Shown here piece after piece: positions 37,679-51,484 of a DNA stretch of 64,000 nucleotides. The translations under genes and the position numbers were made by a program. The notes under the pieces are model-generated. The model ran no database searches, had not been told where the DNA came from, and was given only the letters and a program-made list of their open reading frames with translations. The stretch lies in assembly GCF_018350175.1 (NCBI RefSeq), contig NC_058382.1:55430001-55494000 (forward strand). Reading direction: 5' to 3'. The stretch's first letter is position 1, and every line of letters begins with the position of its first letter. The stretch comes from Felis catus. Its lineage: Eukaryota.

Positions 37679-40600
37679 ACTGCTATTTTTTCTTTTTTCC
37701 ATCCTAGATCGATGTCCACTGGCTCTCCCTAAGTCAGGATTTCATAGACAAACTCCATCACTTGAGAGCCTTTTATCTCATGTTGATGTGTTGTTTTGAT
37801 TGCACTGGGTGTACAGTTGTGTGTTGAGTGCGTGAGGAACTTGGAAGAGGATGGGAAATTTGTTTTTAGTTCTGGTGGGTGCTGATACTGCCCTTACAGA
37901 GGTGTATGGTCCATCCATCTAGTAAGTGGACCTGCTATAACCAAGAGAAATGGGAAGATTAGGACCCAGGAAGAGAAACAATCATCCTTCATGCGTTCCA
38001 AGGCGTCCATCGTCACCTACAGTGTGTCAAGCTTCACTGAAGCTCATTGGCAGCTGTTGGAAAGTGTCTCCCCCACAAGGATCATGAGACTTTCTGGTGC
38101 TACTGTATAATGAGTTTCCTAAGTCAGCTATACCAGGGCCTATGTAACTCTTCCAAAGAAGGCATGTCCATCTGTAGTAAGAGAGAAGTCATAAGCAGTG
38201 TGTCCGTGTCCTTTGTTGAAATGTTCTTATAATTATACAGTGTTTAAATTGTCAACATTTCCTGCTTGAAAATTACACTTGACATTTATATTTCTAGGCA
38301 AAACTGGGAAAAAGATCGTTCACCCATGTTGCAACTAATGTAAAAAGAACACCAATTCAGTGTTATTTTGGTATTTTATTTCTGTCCTCAGTGAAATAAT
38401 AAGAGGGGACAGAACATTTTCCCTCTCAGGACAGCTGTGAATGGACAATTGAAGACAAGCACAAGGAAGCAGAGACTGGATACTGAGCAGGTAATGCCTA
38501 GCATCATGATTTGTATGCAGGAAAGGGAAAGTGGAAGATGTAACTGATCTCTATGTCTTGGTGTCCTGTGACTTCTGCTTCATCGTTAATCAACAATGAA
38601 ATTCCTGCCTTGCTGAGAGATGGGAGACAACTCCACTCTGGTAGATTCTGAAACAACAGCAATGGGTAAGCAGCTGTGGGAGGTAGGAGTGGATCCAAAG
38701 TAAAGAAGACGGCCTCTGTCTTCCCAGAAATCACTGTGGAGTAGACAGGAATATATCAAGACTTTCCCTAGACTTATGAGGGTCAGTGATCACAAAGACA
38801 TTGAAAATGAGAGAGGGGCCCCCGGGTGGCTCAGCCGGTTGAGTGTCCAACTCTTGATTTTGGTTCAGGTCACGATCTCAGGGTTTATGGGATAAAGCCC
38901 CACGTTGGGCTCACACTGAATATGGAGTCTGCTTGAGATTCTGCCTCTCTCTCCCTCTGACCCCTTGCCCACTCATGTGCATGCACTCTCTCTAAAATAA
39001 ATTTTTAAAAAAAGGAAAAAAAAAAAGAAAATGAGTGTCAACATGAGGAATATCCTAACATCGAAGGCAAGATGATTAAAAAAATACTGTGCACATACTA
39101 ATCAAAAGTAGCTTTTTTTTTTATTAGTAATAGTAGCTATGCTAATACCAGACAAATTAAACTCTAGGGGAAGAAGCATTTCATACATTTTCTGTCCACG
39201 CATCCCAACTAGAGCCCAAACGTTTCTCCTCTGTGACTCCTGGGGGCTCTGACTTTTCTCATGTGCCCAGTCTACTTTGTTCACCCAACCCACACCGTGA
39301 ACAGGAGGGAGTCGTGATTCAACCCCAAACCCTAGGTTTCCTCTCTCAGGTCTCACCCACTGCATTAGCAGCTCCTCCTTTTCAAGTTTCTCCTGAGCTC
39401 CTACCTTGTGTCAGGCATGGTGTGAGGCACGGGGGGAGTATCTGGGAACAGATGGATCCCTGTCGTCCTGGAAAGTAACAGTATAATGGGGGAGACAAAC
39501 ACGCAGCAAGTAAATGAATAGTTGTTTGATGCAAATGTGTGATCGGAGCTATTAAGTGTGAGTGTCCAGGGAGCTCCAAACACCTATTGCAAAGGGTTCT
39601 TGATTTTAGCCGTTTCCTATCAGGGCTCTAACCACCAAGCCAAGCACCACTGACTCTTATGAAAAGAAGCCCATAAAGGATACAACCCTTGACAGTGGGG
39701 CCCAGGAGATGTGAGAGGGGAACAGCTCTTCCCTGAATAACTGCCTGACATTTCAGGCTGCCCGAGTCACTCTAACTCAGATGTCTGCTGCTCCTAGACC
39801 CTCAAGAAGTGACTCTAATTCCTATCTGGCACCTGTTGGGGATACATGATGCTGCCCAGCTTGATCTCAAAGCCAGCATCGGTGTAGGGGCTCAGCACCC
39901 AGGTCCGCAAGCCCTGGGCTACAGGGATGTGCCTGTGTTCTGGCCTGAGGCGGGAAGCCAAGATCAGTTCCATCCAGGAATTGGTTTTGTAGTCCCAAGA
40001 CACAAGCCAGGTAGCAGAGGGCCAAGAAGGGGTGAGGGCATCTCTGACCAAAGCTGGGTGGATGATGGAACTTGGGCAGCAGGGGCTGTGACTGATTTTA
40101 CACTTTGCTGAACATGAGATAAGAGGCCTCACTGAAAACCGGCTCATGCCTTTAGGCTGCCTTCTTTGAAGCCTACTCAGGGAAGCCTGTAGAACTTTGC
40201 CATCACCTTCTGGGACCTCAGGACCCTTAATCCAGTCAAAGCCAATGTCCCCTCCTGTCACCCCCAGGCTAAGTTTCAGGGTGGATACTGGCCTCTATGG
40301 GGGCCTTTTATAAATTAGTAAACAATCTAACATTGGCTCCTAGATAGACACAGTCCCAAGAAGCCATAGCTTGTTGAAGGGACTGAAGGCTGGATGTCAG
40401 GACCCTATTACTGTCTTAGCAGGACATACTGTGAAATGCACAACCTGCATAGGCATGCATGGTAGCCTTGCCCAGCTTGATGCTCTCCAAGGACAGTTTC
40501 CGGCCATTCCTTCCTTAGAATGCATTCTGCAATGCCCCAGTTAGTATCAGACTCAAGAGGATGAGCAAGTAGCAGCTGGAGAAGTCAATGCAGCAATCAG

Positions 40601-42020
40601 CTTTGACTCTACCTCCTTGTAAGGTCATCTGCTCTCAGGGCAGCAAAAATGATTTCAGATAGTGAACAGCAATTCATCAGGTAAGGAATAACTGCACAGA
40701 CTCTGATGAGACATTCAGAAGGCAGGACAAGCAAGTCTGGGGATTCTAAAGCCCAAACTAACAGCCAAGAGTGTTTGCTCTTACCTCTTGCCTTGCTACC
40801 CTCAACATCTTGCAAGAGACAGCCTGCCGAGCATTTCCGGTAAAAAAGGACAAGGAGATGGGGATGGGAAGACAAGGTGAGAATGAGTGGAGCAAGGTGC
40901 TGGGGGTGCTTGGAGGGAATGGGGCAAACATCGAGGGGAAGGGGCTCAGTGAGGATAGAAGCGCGAGCGGGCATGGCGGCTGCAGGGGGTTGCAGAGCAG
41001 GGGGACAAGGACTTGTGGCCGGGCAACATTATACTCTTTGCAACTTGAAGTCAGCACAATCCAGAATGCTAAATGGGCTGAAGGTCTAGAGTGGTTATGG
41101 AGAAACTTTCTGAGGAGGAATCATTTGGGCTGAGAACAAATGTTGAACAGGAATTACATGTGATCATTTCTAACAGAGATTTTAAAAATTGAGTGTTTTG
41201 TGTATGATGAACACACACACACACGCATATGGTTCAATGAATTTTGAGAAATGAACACACCTGTGTAGCCTGCACTAGCGAGTGTAGGAATCAAGATTCA
41301 CTTTCATCCATATGGGTGGATATCCCAACGTTCCCACACCATTTGTTGAAATGACTTTACCTTCCCCACAGAATTGCTGTGACACCTTTGTAAGAAAATC
41401 ATTGACCATATAGATGTGGGTCTATTCCTGGACTCTCTTCTATTCCATTGATCTATTTTTCTAACTGTGCCAATGCTATACAATTTTTCTTTCTTTCTTT
41501 TTTTTTTTAATTTTTTTTTTAACGTTTATTTATTTTTGAGACAGAGAGAGACAGAGCATGAACGGGGGAGGGTCAGAGAGAGGGAGACACAGATTCCGAA
41601 ACAGGCTCCAGGCTCCGAGCTCTCAGCACAGAGCCCGACACAGGGCTCGAACTCACGGACCGCGAGATGGTGACCTGAGCCAAAGTCGGCCGCTCAACCG
41701 ACTGAGCCACCCAGGCGCCCCAATTTTTCTTTCTTTTTAAAATATCTATTTATTTATTTTCACTGCTTTATTTTTTGAGAGAGAGAGGGAGAGAGAGAGA
41801 CCGTAAGCAGGGGAGGGGCAGAGAGAGGGGGACAGAGGATTTGAAACAGGCTCCATGCTGACAGGGTGACAGCAGCAAGCCTGATGTGCAGTTCAAACTC
41901 ACGAACCATGAGATCACCACTGGAGCCGAAGTTGGCTGCTCAACTAACTGAACCACCCAGGAGTCCCTCTTTTTTTTTTTAATTTTTAAAAATTTTTATT
42001 GTTTATTTATTTATTTATTT

Positions 42021-42066
<46 letters not shown>

Positions 42067-43084
42067 GAGAGTTCACATGAGTGGGGGAGGGGCCCAGCAA
42101 GAGAGGGAGAGAGAATCCCAAGCAGGCTCTGCACTGTCAATGCAGAGAGACTGACACAGGGCTCGATCCCACAAACTGTGAGATCATGACCTGAACTGAA
42201 ACCAAGAGTCAGATGCTTAACTGACTGAGCCACCCAGGTGCCCCTAGTTTTTATTTATTTTTCTTTTTTGCTTCTTATTGGACTTGTTTCTTTTTTACCT
42301 ATTTTTAACAGGACTATATTCTATTTCAATTCCTTCGACGGTTACTTAAAATTTTATCATGTACACTTAATGTTCTATTAAAAAATAATATTTACATGAA
42401 TTTGTATTTCTAGTTTTTTTCTCGAATAAGATAAAGATCTTAGCATAATTTAACTTGCCTAAAAATGTTGCCTTCCAATTTTTCACGCTATTTTTTCTAT
42501 AAAAACCAGATAATTAGACTTTTTCAATCAATGCATTTTTTAATTTTATAAATAACTACACAACTTACAATCAATGCATATTTATATTTTCTAATGAATT
42601 TTTGCTGATTTTTGTCCTCACAAATTCTTCTTGCATGACAACAACTTTGTCTTCATTTTCCTAAGTTCATTCCTTAATATTTCTTTCATGGATGGTCTGT
42701 GAAGAATAATAGCTCTTGATTTCTAGGTATGTGAAAAAAAATTTCAATCCAGAATTGTATACCTAAATGAATCTCATCAAGAGTGATTCCATTTCTTCTT
42801 TTTTTTTTTTTAATTTTTAAAATTTTTTGAGAAGGGGGAGAGGGGCAGAAGCAGAGGGAGAGAGACAATCTTGAGCAGGCTCCACATACAGTATAGAGCC
42901 TGACATGGGGTTTGATCTCATAACCATGAGATCATGACCTGAGCCCAAATCAAGAGTTGGATACTTAACCGAATGAGACACCCAGGTGCCCAAGCGTGAT
43001 TCCATTTCTAAACTTGAGTTCAAAGTCTACCTCCCAGAGGATTCATCTTGTCCAGATCCTCACATGAACTACAGGTTTTTTTGT

Positions 43085-44035
43085 GTGTTTTTTTGAAGAC
43101 ATTCTTTTTTTCTTTAGAGAAGTTTTAGGTTCACAGCAAAATTGAAGGAAAGGCACAGAGATTTCATATATGTCCCTCTTTTCCATATTTGCACAGTGTC
43201 TCCCTCTATCAACATTCTCCTCTAGAAGGGAATATTTTTCATAGTTGATGAACCTGCATCGACACATCATAATCACCTAAAGTCCACAGTTGACTTTAGG
43301 GTTCACTCTTGGTGTTGTACATTTTGTAGGTTTGGAAAATATCTAATGACATGTAGCTATCACTGTCATATCACACATTGTCTCTGCCCTAAAAATCTCC
43401 TGTGTCCCATCAATTTGTCCCTTGCCTCCCCCCCCAAACCACTGATCTTTTTATTGTCCCCATAGTTGTGCCTTTTCTAGATTGTAATACAGATGGAATA
43501 CAGTATGTAGCTTTTCCAGGCTTTCCTTCTTACACTTAGAAATATGCATTTAAGTTTCCTCTATGTATTTTCATGGAGTCATTGCTCATTTCTTTTTAAC
43601 GCTGAATAGTATTCCATTGTCTGGCTGTACCCCAGTTTATTTATCCATTCCCAACTACTGAGGGACACCTTGGCTACTTCCAAATTTTGGAAATTATGAA
43701 TAAAATGCCTATAAACATCCACGTGGAGGTTTATATGTGGACATGTTTTCAACTCTTTCGGGTAAATACCAAGGAGTGTGATTGCTGGATCATACAGTAA
43801 GAGTATGTTTAATCTTAAAAAATTTTTTTTTCTTTGAGTATACTGACACACAATGTTACGTTAGTTTCAGGTGTACAACATACTGATTCAACATCTCTAT
43901 ATGTTACCATATGCTCACCACAGGTGTAGCTACCATCTATCACCATACAACCCTATTACAATACAGAGTAAGTTTAATTTTATAAGAAGGTGCCAAGCCA
44001 TCTTCCAAGGTGGCCACACCATTTTGCATTCCTGG
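43085..44035 (-). mobile_element. L1MC-like 3' region with a short inserted younger L1 end (about 43825-43960)
   Basis: AGTTTTAGGTTCACAGCAAAATTGA...GTGTGATTGCTGGATCATACAGTAAG...CCATTTTGCATTCC. Confidence 0.75.
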
Positions 44036-44904
44036 GCCACATGGTTTTGATTTCTGCTTATTACTGAGGCTAAGTTCCCCTAGTGGCCACTGGAACATTT
44101 CACCTCTTGTTTTTAGGTTTGGCTATATGTTTTTAAACTTGGGAGAATATCCTGTATCTGTTTAGTCCTCCATCTTGAGCAGACATGTTTATAGAGTTGG
44201 GAACAAGCACCACCCAGGCAGAGAAAACAGCATGTACATAAACCCTACTTGGGGAAAAAGGAGAGGCAGAACTCATGAGGTGAGATCCAGCATCAGGTCC
44301 AGATTACACAGGGCCAGGATAAGGACTTTGGGGTTTATTCTCGGTGTAATGGGAAGCCATAGAAACATTTTCAACTCAAACATGATCAATTTCCAGATTT
44401 AAAAATCAATTTGGCATTTTTTGCTGGCTTTCTTGTTCACTTTACTCATCCAGCTTCTGAGCGCCCTTGATTTTACTTTTATATACATATGTGTGCTTCC
44501 ACAACCTCCAAGCATTTACATTTTGAGAATGCCTTGCACAATATAAATAAAAGTTTCCAGCATTAGTCTGCAAAAAGAAACCATGTCAAAGCACTGCCTT
44601 AATTCTGGGTTACAAATTGCATGACGCATAGGAAGTGAAAATGTAATTTGCATTAGATTTGACCAAGTTTTGTTAAAGTCATTATTCCACAAATGCATTG
44701 TGAGCAAAAGAGGGAGATGGGGTAGGAAACCTACAGATTAAAAGAAATTTAAAGAAGTATCAACCAGTCACAATATACAGACTTATCTATCAGCCATCTA
44801 TCATCTATCAGCCATCTATCAATCATCTGTTTGTCTGCCTGCCTGTGTATCTATACCTACATCATCAGTAACACTTTAATTTTCAAATGCTGGTTCAGAG
44901 ATGC

Positions 44905-45880
44905 TATCTTAGTTTGAGTTCCCCAGAAGCAGACCCTTGGATGAGGATTCAAGTGCAAGCAGTTTATTTTGGGGGTGCAGGAAAATCTTGTAGGGGAGTG
45001 AAGAGAAAGCAAAACAGCCAATAAGTTGCCTTATCAAGCAAGTCAGCACTGAGGGCAACTGGAGCTAACGTTCTGGGAAAATTCTCCAAAATGGTGTTAA
45101 ACACATACCTCACTTACTTCCACATGGTGCCTCCTGAGTGGTGATGGGGTGTCTTGATACTAACTCTGATCAGTGGTTAGTTGAGGCTGCTCCCGAAGGA
45201 AGCAAAGTCTGAACTCTCCAGCACAGCACTTCCGTGCTGTGCCCAGGCAGAATGCGGAAGGACATTTTCCTACAACTTTGGGAAAGGCTTTGGCACAGAG
45301 ATGTGGAACGTGCACTTGGAAGCTGGCTGGGGTACCGTGACATGAGGACTTGAGGGAAAGGGGCAGGGCCCAGTTTGCTCCTTATACCACTCAGACCTGC
45401 TTGTGCTCTGCATTAATTCCCTCCATCACGTCAATGCTTCTTCACGGTGGTGGCCAGTCACAGCATACAGAATGAAAACTTTCAGTCGGAGGATCAGTGA
45501 AACTAATTATAGTCCTTGCTGCTGCAGTTGGGTCTGATGTTCTAATAAACATTCATTATTTCCCTCCTCCACCAACCGTTCTAGATTCCCCTCTCACTTG
45601 GCAGTGCTTCTGGTGATCTAGGTCGCTTTTCTAGCGAGGTAACAGAGACCCTCATCTCTGAAAATTGCAAACCTTTGCTTATCGTGCCCTTGTTGGGTAA
45701 CAGTGCATGCAGTTCCCATTTATGGTTTTCCAGGGACATGGAGGTACCATGAAGAGCCCCCAGTGAATTCCTGGGGTACCGTACATACTGCCTGTCCCCA
45801 TTCTGCAGCAGCAACCTTAGAAGGATCTCGTGGGATAGTCCGTATGAATTACTCCTGCTGGTAGAGTGACTCTTAGCCCG
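44905..45880 (-). mobile_element. ERV-L (LTR16-like LTR plus adjacent internal fragment) with a dUTPase/pol C-terminal relic
   Basis: LTR16-like AGAAGCAGACCC...GTGCAAGCAGTTTATTT. Minus-strand ORFs give VTLPAGVIHTDY, LLQNGDRQYV and SEMRVSVTSLEKRPRSPEAL, resembling recalled ERV-L VTVLAGVIDPDY..LLHNGG..SGMKVWVTPPGKKPRPAEVL. Confidence 0.72.
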
Positions 45881-45884
45881 CTGG

Positions 45885-46045
45885 CATTATGCTGTACCTC
45901 ACTCTTCTCATGATGGTGTGAGACAACACGCCTACGCAATGAGATGGAGTGAGGAGAGGCATTGTGGTTTAGTATTAGGTTCCTGCCGACCTTCTGACTA
46001 CACGTCAGAAGGATCATCTGCATCCAGACTGCTGACGACAACAGG
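45885..46045. mobile_element. MER44/Tigger7-like DNA transposon fragment
   Basis: GCCTACGCAATGAGATGGAGTGAGG...GACCTTCTGACTACACGTCAGAAGGATCATCTGC resembles the recalled MER44 consensus. Confidence 0.6.
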
Positions 46046-49000
46046 TAACAGAGAGGGGGCACCACTGGACCTCTGTGTAGACTACAATGATCTGTTTTAC
46101 CTGTCGACAGAGTGTCAAACAAAAACCTATATGGTGAAGAATTGGTCCCAAACTTTTAAGGGAGCTATTTTTAGAATCTTCAACTTGAAGCTAATCTCTT
46201 CCTGGGCCCCTTCTCAGGAAGTTCAGTGAAGAAAGAGCTTTCCATTTTCCCTCCTCCCTCTCTTTCTTATGAAAGTATTTACTCTTCATCAAGGAAATGA
46301 AGAGTGAGTTTATATTGGAATTTTTATACTCAGAGTGGATTTAATAGGAATTGGAGTTTTGAGAATAAGACAATTCTTTTTTTTTTTTTTTAACTTTTTA
46401 TTTTATCTTCAAGCCCAACACAAGGCTCGAATTCCCAATCTCAAGATCAAGAGTCACACGTTCCACCAACTGACCCAGTCGGGTGTCCCAAGACAGTACT
46501 AATTTTAATACTTTTAAGTATTAAAGCCAATAAACTTTTGGTGTGCATAATTCATATTCACGAGGGAGCTTTTCTTAGCTTCCTAATTATTAGTCATTCC
46601 ACCTTTGAAATTATTGGTTATTTATTTTAGTGACTTTGTATGTTGGAATCACTTCATCTATGAGAAGCAAGCCCAGGGAGACTTCAGGCATTGCTTAGTT
46701 TTGCTCTTCTGTTCTCAGGTATAAACCTGGGCAACACTGAAATTGTGATTTGCAAACTGCTGTCAATTCATAAGTGCTGGAGGTTGTTTTGAAGCCCTCT
46801 GCTGTCATCCAACTCAGGCTCCAGCCTTTTTTTCCCCATTGAGGCTGCTGACCTAGTGGTCTCCTGCCCCATTCTTCCTGGAAGTCCCGGGGTACTTCTG
46901 CCACTTTTGGTAGAGACAACATTAGCAACCACAGAATTGTGGATCAAGGGATCCAGGCCATAATCGGTGGAGAAATTTTTCTGAAAGAGGCTGCAGCATT
47001 ACCACAGTCCCCGTGTGAGGATGGGCCAGGCAGCAGCCCAACATTCTGGGATTATTTTCTTCCCAGGAAATTCCTCTCCAGAAATATCTACATTGAAATT
47101 TATCCCATTTACCAGATGTCTCCTGGCTAGGTCAGAGAAACGTTGCCCCCCACCCCCACCCCAAACCTTGTCATCCAATTCACAAGGGTGGGGTGGGCAG
47201 GACGGAATCATGGGTATTCAAGAAAAGCTTCTCGGCCACACTAGCAGCCAGAGAAATGCATATAAGACAGAGATGCCACACAGGTGCACGTGAAGATTGG
47301 CAAACGTTTTACAGCTGGTATTTGTTATATATTGCTACATAACGAACTACCCCCAAACTTAGTGACGGTGCCCTTAAGATTCTGGGAATCCCTCTTATAA
47401 CAAAGCGGGTCTAGGAGACACCCTCTTGACCTCTTATGACATCTCAAAATCAGAAAATGGTCTCACAGCTATACCCTTGAGGGATTCCCTCAAAATTTAT
47501 CCTGAGACCAAATTTTACTGACAACACTGCAGATTTGATCTTTGCAACTTCTTACTTGGAGAACCTTCTGCTTCCTAGAAAGACCAGCCTGGCTGTCAAC
47601 ATTTCTTTAAACTGTGCTGTAGAACTAATCAGTTCCTTCTGTCATTTATCTTGATCTTGTAATTCAACAGAGGCAGCCAGAAGCAGCCATCTGTCCCTTT
47701 TAACATTCTGCCTGGAACTTTCCTGGCCAGATCTTCCTAGATGTGGTGGGTCTTGGAGTTCATTTCTGGGAAGAACCAGCCTCAGATGCCTTGTATCTTA
47801 CATTTGCCAGAAGTGAGTAGAATGTGGTACCTGGATTAAATAAGGGAGCAAGCAGTACATCAGAAACTGTTTTAGATTAATGACCTGCTGGGGAAAATAG
47901 TGAATTCTACTTCATTACTCTTGAGGCTTGAAGATTGTGAGCTTGCAAACATATGCTTGCAGATAGAATTATCTTGCAGAAAACAATGTCGTATGCAAAA
48001 TCTTTGAGGTGTCCAATATTTGTCAGGTGGACTCTCTGGAGAGTCACTAAAAATGTTTATGTGAGGTTGGGAAGCAGGAGAATATTTTCATTCAATTAAC
48101 TATTATCTATTAAGCACCTATTTTTTTTATAAATCCCCACATGAAGAACGTGGGGTTGGAACCAGACAAAGAGTGAGGCATAGTCCCTGCTTTCGAACTG
48201 GGTAAGATTTTATGGGATATGATTTAAAGGAGTATGTGATCACATATGGCTATATCCCAAGTAAGCACTCATTAAATAATTGCTTTTTCGGGGCACCTGG
48301 ATGTCTCAGTTGGTTAAACGTCTGACTTCAGCTCAGGTCATGATCTCAGTTTATGAGTTTGAGCCCTGCATTGGGCTTTCTGCTGTCAGCACAGAGCCTG
48401 CTTTGGATCCTGTGTCTCCCTTTCTCTCCGTCCCTCCCCCTCTTGCTCGATCTCAAAAAGAAGCATTTTTAAAAAAAAAAATGCTTTTTCAACTTTTTCT
48501 TGTTACCATAGATCCATTCTTCCTTAATACAGAATCACTAATACCCAGAATATCCTATTTTCAAAATAAATCATTCTTGTTGGAAACTGATGGTTAATGT
48601 GAATTTAACTCCTCTATCATCTGTAAAAAGGAAATTTATAAAAAAGGAAGTAACTTAAAATGTTGTAGTACAATGATAGAGGTACCATGTATGGGTAGTA
48701 CAATATGATTCTGAAAGACACTGTTTGGAAAAAAGTATGGACTTATTCTGGGGTCAGGCTATTTTCTGCCTGTTTCCCAATTCCGTTCTTTTGCTTTCCC
48801 CCGCAGAGCGACATCAGACAAAGAGCACGGGCTTTGGAGTCAACAGATCCGCATTCAAATCCCAGATCTAGCACTTAAAAGCAGTGTGGCACTGAATGGG
48901 CTACTGTAATGTCTCCTATCTGTTTCTTCATGGGTAAAGAATAGATGATTCTTTACAATCCTAGCCCATAATTCAGTGCCCAGCCAAGTGTTAGAACTCA

Positions 49001-50230
49001 CTATTTGTTCAACGGCACATCAGACCCAACTGCAGTTTTCTGGGCACGTGGCTGGCATCTAAGGACAGCCAGCCCCTTGGCAGTGCTGTCATGCTGGTTA
49101 TTCATTTGGAGAACATTCACCAGAACTGCTTCTACCTTACTTTATTTTCCTCCAGGTAACATGTTAGTCCAACCATTATCAGCTCTCTTCTAGATGAAAT
49201 ACCTGATAGGATCTCCAATGCTCAAGCACGCATTTGTGCTTCACACTCTTGCTGTAGTTCAGGTTTTCTGTTATCACTGCATTCAGAATCTGGATGCCAT
49301 GAATTACAGGTCTGTGGGCTGAACTGCAGACTTGTTCCTATGTTATTCTTCATTTCTGACATGTGGCCATCCCCATGAGGTTTAAATGAAGACTCTGAGG
49401 TAAGAGCAAAGAGGTGTCAGGTTTGAGGACAGAATCCATTTGACATGGATGTTACGTGTGATGAAGTGACTATCTGGTATAATGATCAGGGCAGAGGTCA
49501 GAGAGGGGGATGTGGGTGTGAGAGCCTGCTATGAGTGGGAGAGAAGCCACTGGAAGTCATAGTCTGCCAATATTTGTCAGATAATCCTATTTTATTACCT
49601 GAATGGTCTTGTTTGATCTTGTTACAGTTTTGCAACAGCACAGGGTTACCCCTGCCACTCATGGGCAGGCAGAGTTTTCTCCCATCCATACAATGCTGAT
49701 GGAATAGACACCAGAGACACCAGCTCCGAGATACCATTCAGATTAAATAAATACGCCTTAAGGAAAACACTGTGACTTTGTACAAGAGAATCTCCCTAGA
49801 TTCTCCTAATTTTACAATTAACATCCTAAAACCCTGTGTATTTTCTTTCTTGGGGCCAGTGAAAACTCAGGGCCCCATGGAAAAGAAGCAAAATATGTCA
49901 ATATGTTGGAAAAAAACTTCTAGGATACACAAGTTAGCTGTCGATTTGGAAAGTGGTGTCCTCTCAGTGCCAATGACTTCTTTGTCCAAACAGAGCTTAC
50001 CAGGGTATATTTACGGGTTAATGATTTTCATAATAATTAAAATAAAAAGTTGATGATTGCTTTTGACCCATACAAGCCAATTTCTTACAGTTCAACCTAA
50101 CACATTACCATATTCTAAGTTAATGGCTGTTTTTTTCAAGTTAGTATTTGGATTAAAGTTCCAATACTGAATTAGACTAAAATAATTAATTGAAAGCATA
50201 AGAGACAAGAAAAAGTATATGAAAACTTAA

Positions 50231-50257
50231 TTTATTAGAGAATAATTTTTTTTTATT
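50231..50257 (-). promoter_or_regulatory. MPHOSPH6 polyadenylation signals (two AATAAA), 3'UTR about 570-590 nt
   Basis: TTTATT on + at 50231-50236 and 50252-50257. T-rich downstream sequence on the minus strand. Confidence 0.7.
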
Positions 50258-50798
50258 AAGTAAAAGCTTTAAACAAAAACCAATAATTCCACAAACCAAC
50301 AATGACTTGGTAGCATGCAAGTACTGTAGGCTGGAGAGGCATGTTTGCTCTTGATGAATCTATATACAATAAACCCTCATTATGTTTGATTCCAGAATGT
50401 ATGTATACATTGGCTTGGCATGATTCATAATTTAAAGTAAAATAGAAACATAAGGGCAACTTAAACACTGGTTTAATTTATATGTGCCAATTCAAGGTCA
50501 GTGACTAGAGCTCCATTAAAAAAAAAATCTTAAGTCAAAAAGTCTTTAGGAAGCAGCCACATCCCTATGTACATTTGAAACTCGAAGGCTAAAAATCCAT
50601 TCCTGATGAACACCATGAAACAAAGGATGTATAACATCCACCACGTATCTCTTTCAAAAATGGAATGTTTCCAAAATTATCCACCTCTTTACACGTAAAC
50701 ATCACAGTTTGAATAACTACAGAGAAGCCATCAGAATGAGTTCCACAATACACTAACCCTCATGAGGCACCCCTGAGCTCTGTCTTAAAGCATCCACT

Positions 50799-50934
50799 TC
50801 AATCCTGGGGCTTTAAGAACATCTTCTTTACTTTAACTGTTGGTTTTACGTGTCCATTTTCATCTTCTTCATAGTTGACCCGGTCTCTTTTTTTGGCAAA
50901 CTTTTTTCCAATTGTCCCCACCAAGGTCTCATAT
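50799..50934 (-). CDS. MPHOSPH6: MPHOSPH6 terminal coding exon (exon 5)
   Basis: Minus strand taacag acceptor. Translates (R)YETLVGTIGKKFAKKRDRVNYEEDENGHVKPTVKVKKMFLKPQD*, the recognisable MPP6 C-terminus. TGA at 50799-50801. Confidence 0.96.
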
Positions 50935-51389
50935 CTGTTAAGACGGTATGCAGCACAAGTTTAATTAAATCCAAAAACAAGTAAGATAGGAATCAAGTCT
51001 TGTCAAGAATATCAAACTAAATATTCAGTGAATTATAACAAATATTCAATGATTATGAAAAAAATCAAAGCTGTGATCAAAATAAACGGATTTAAAATTT
51101 ATAAACTTTTCTATGGATGATTAAATTCTTCACTGTGTTTTGTTTTTGCACTATCCTGAATAAACTGAGATGTATATTTTAAAATATGTATTAGAAGCAG
51201 TACCAGTCATGAGCCCTCAACTACCAGTGTGTGTGACAGGCATGAACCTGCCTGAGCCCAATTAGAGAAAGGAGAAAGTCATCTTCCTGCTGGGGCACTC
51301 CAAGGAAGACGGTGGGGAAGAAGAGAACCCATGTGAGAGACAAAGAATGCCGGGCCCAGATTATAATGTGGTTCCAAGGTGACCGTTAC

Positions 51390-51484
51390 CTTCTAGCCAT
51401 TTCTTCATCTGATACATCGAGCTCCACTGTTTCACCTTCAACTTCCTCTGTTTTGTTCTTGGAGTTCATCTGAAGCATTAATTT
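51390..51484 (-). CDS. MPHOSPH6: MPHOSPH6 exon 4, 95 bp
   Basis: Minus strand tttttcag acceptor and AG|gtaacg donor. Translates KLMLQMNSKNKTEEVEGETVELDVSDEEMAR(R), in phase with the neighbouring exons. Confidence 0.96.

Noticed and set aside
39809..41133. Cluster of 100-148 aa ORFs in intergenic DNA
   Set aside because: No domain similarity, no consistent splice structure, and ORFs on both strands, as expected by chance in GC-richer DNA.
45990..46012. Hairpin CCTTCTGAC-tacac-GTCAGAAGG as a terminator or ncRNA
   Set aside because: Appears to be a built-in feature of the MER44/Tigger7 fragment. Intrinsic terminators do not apply in this eukaryotic context.
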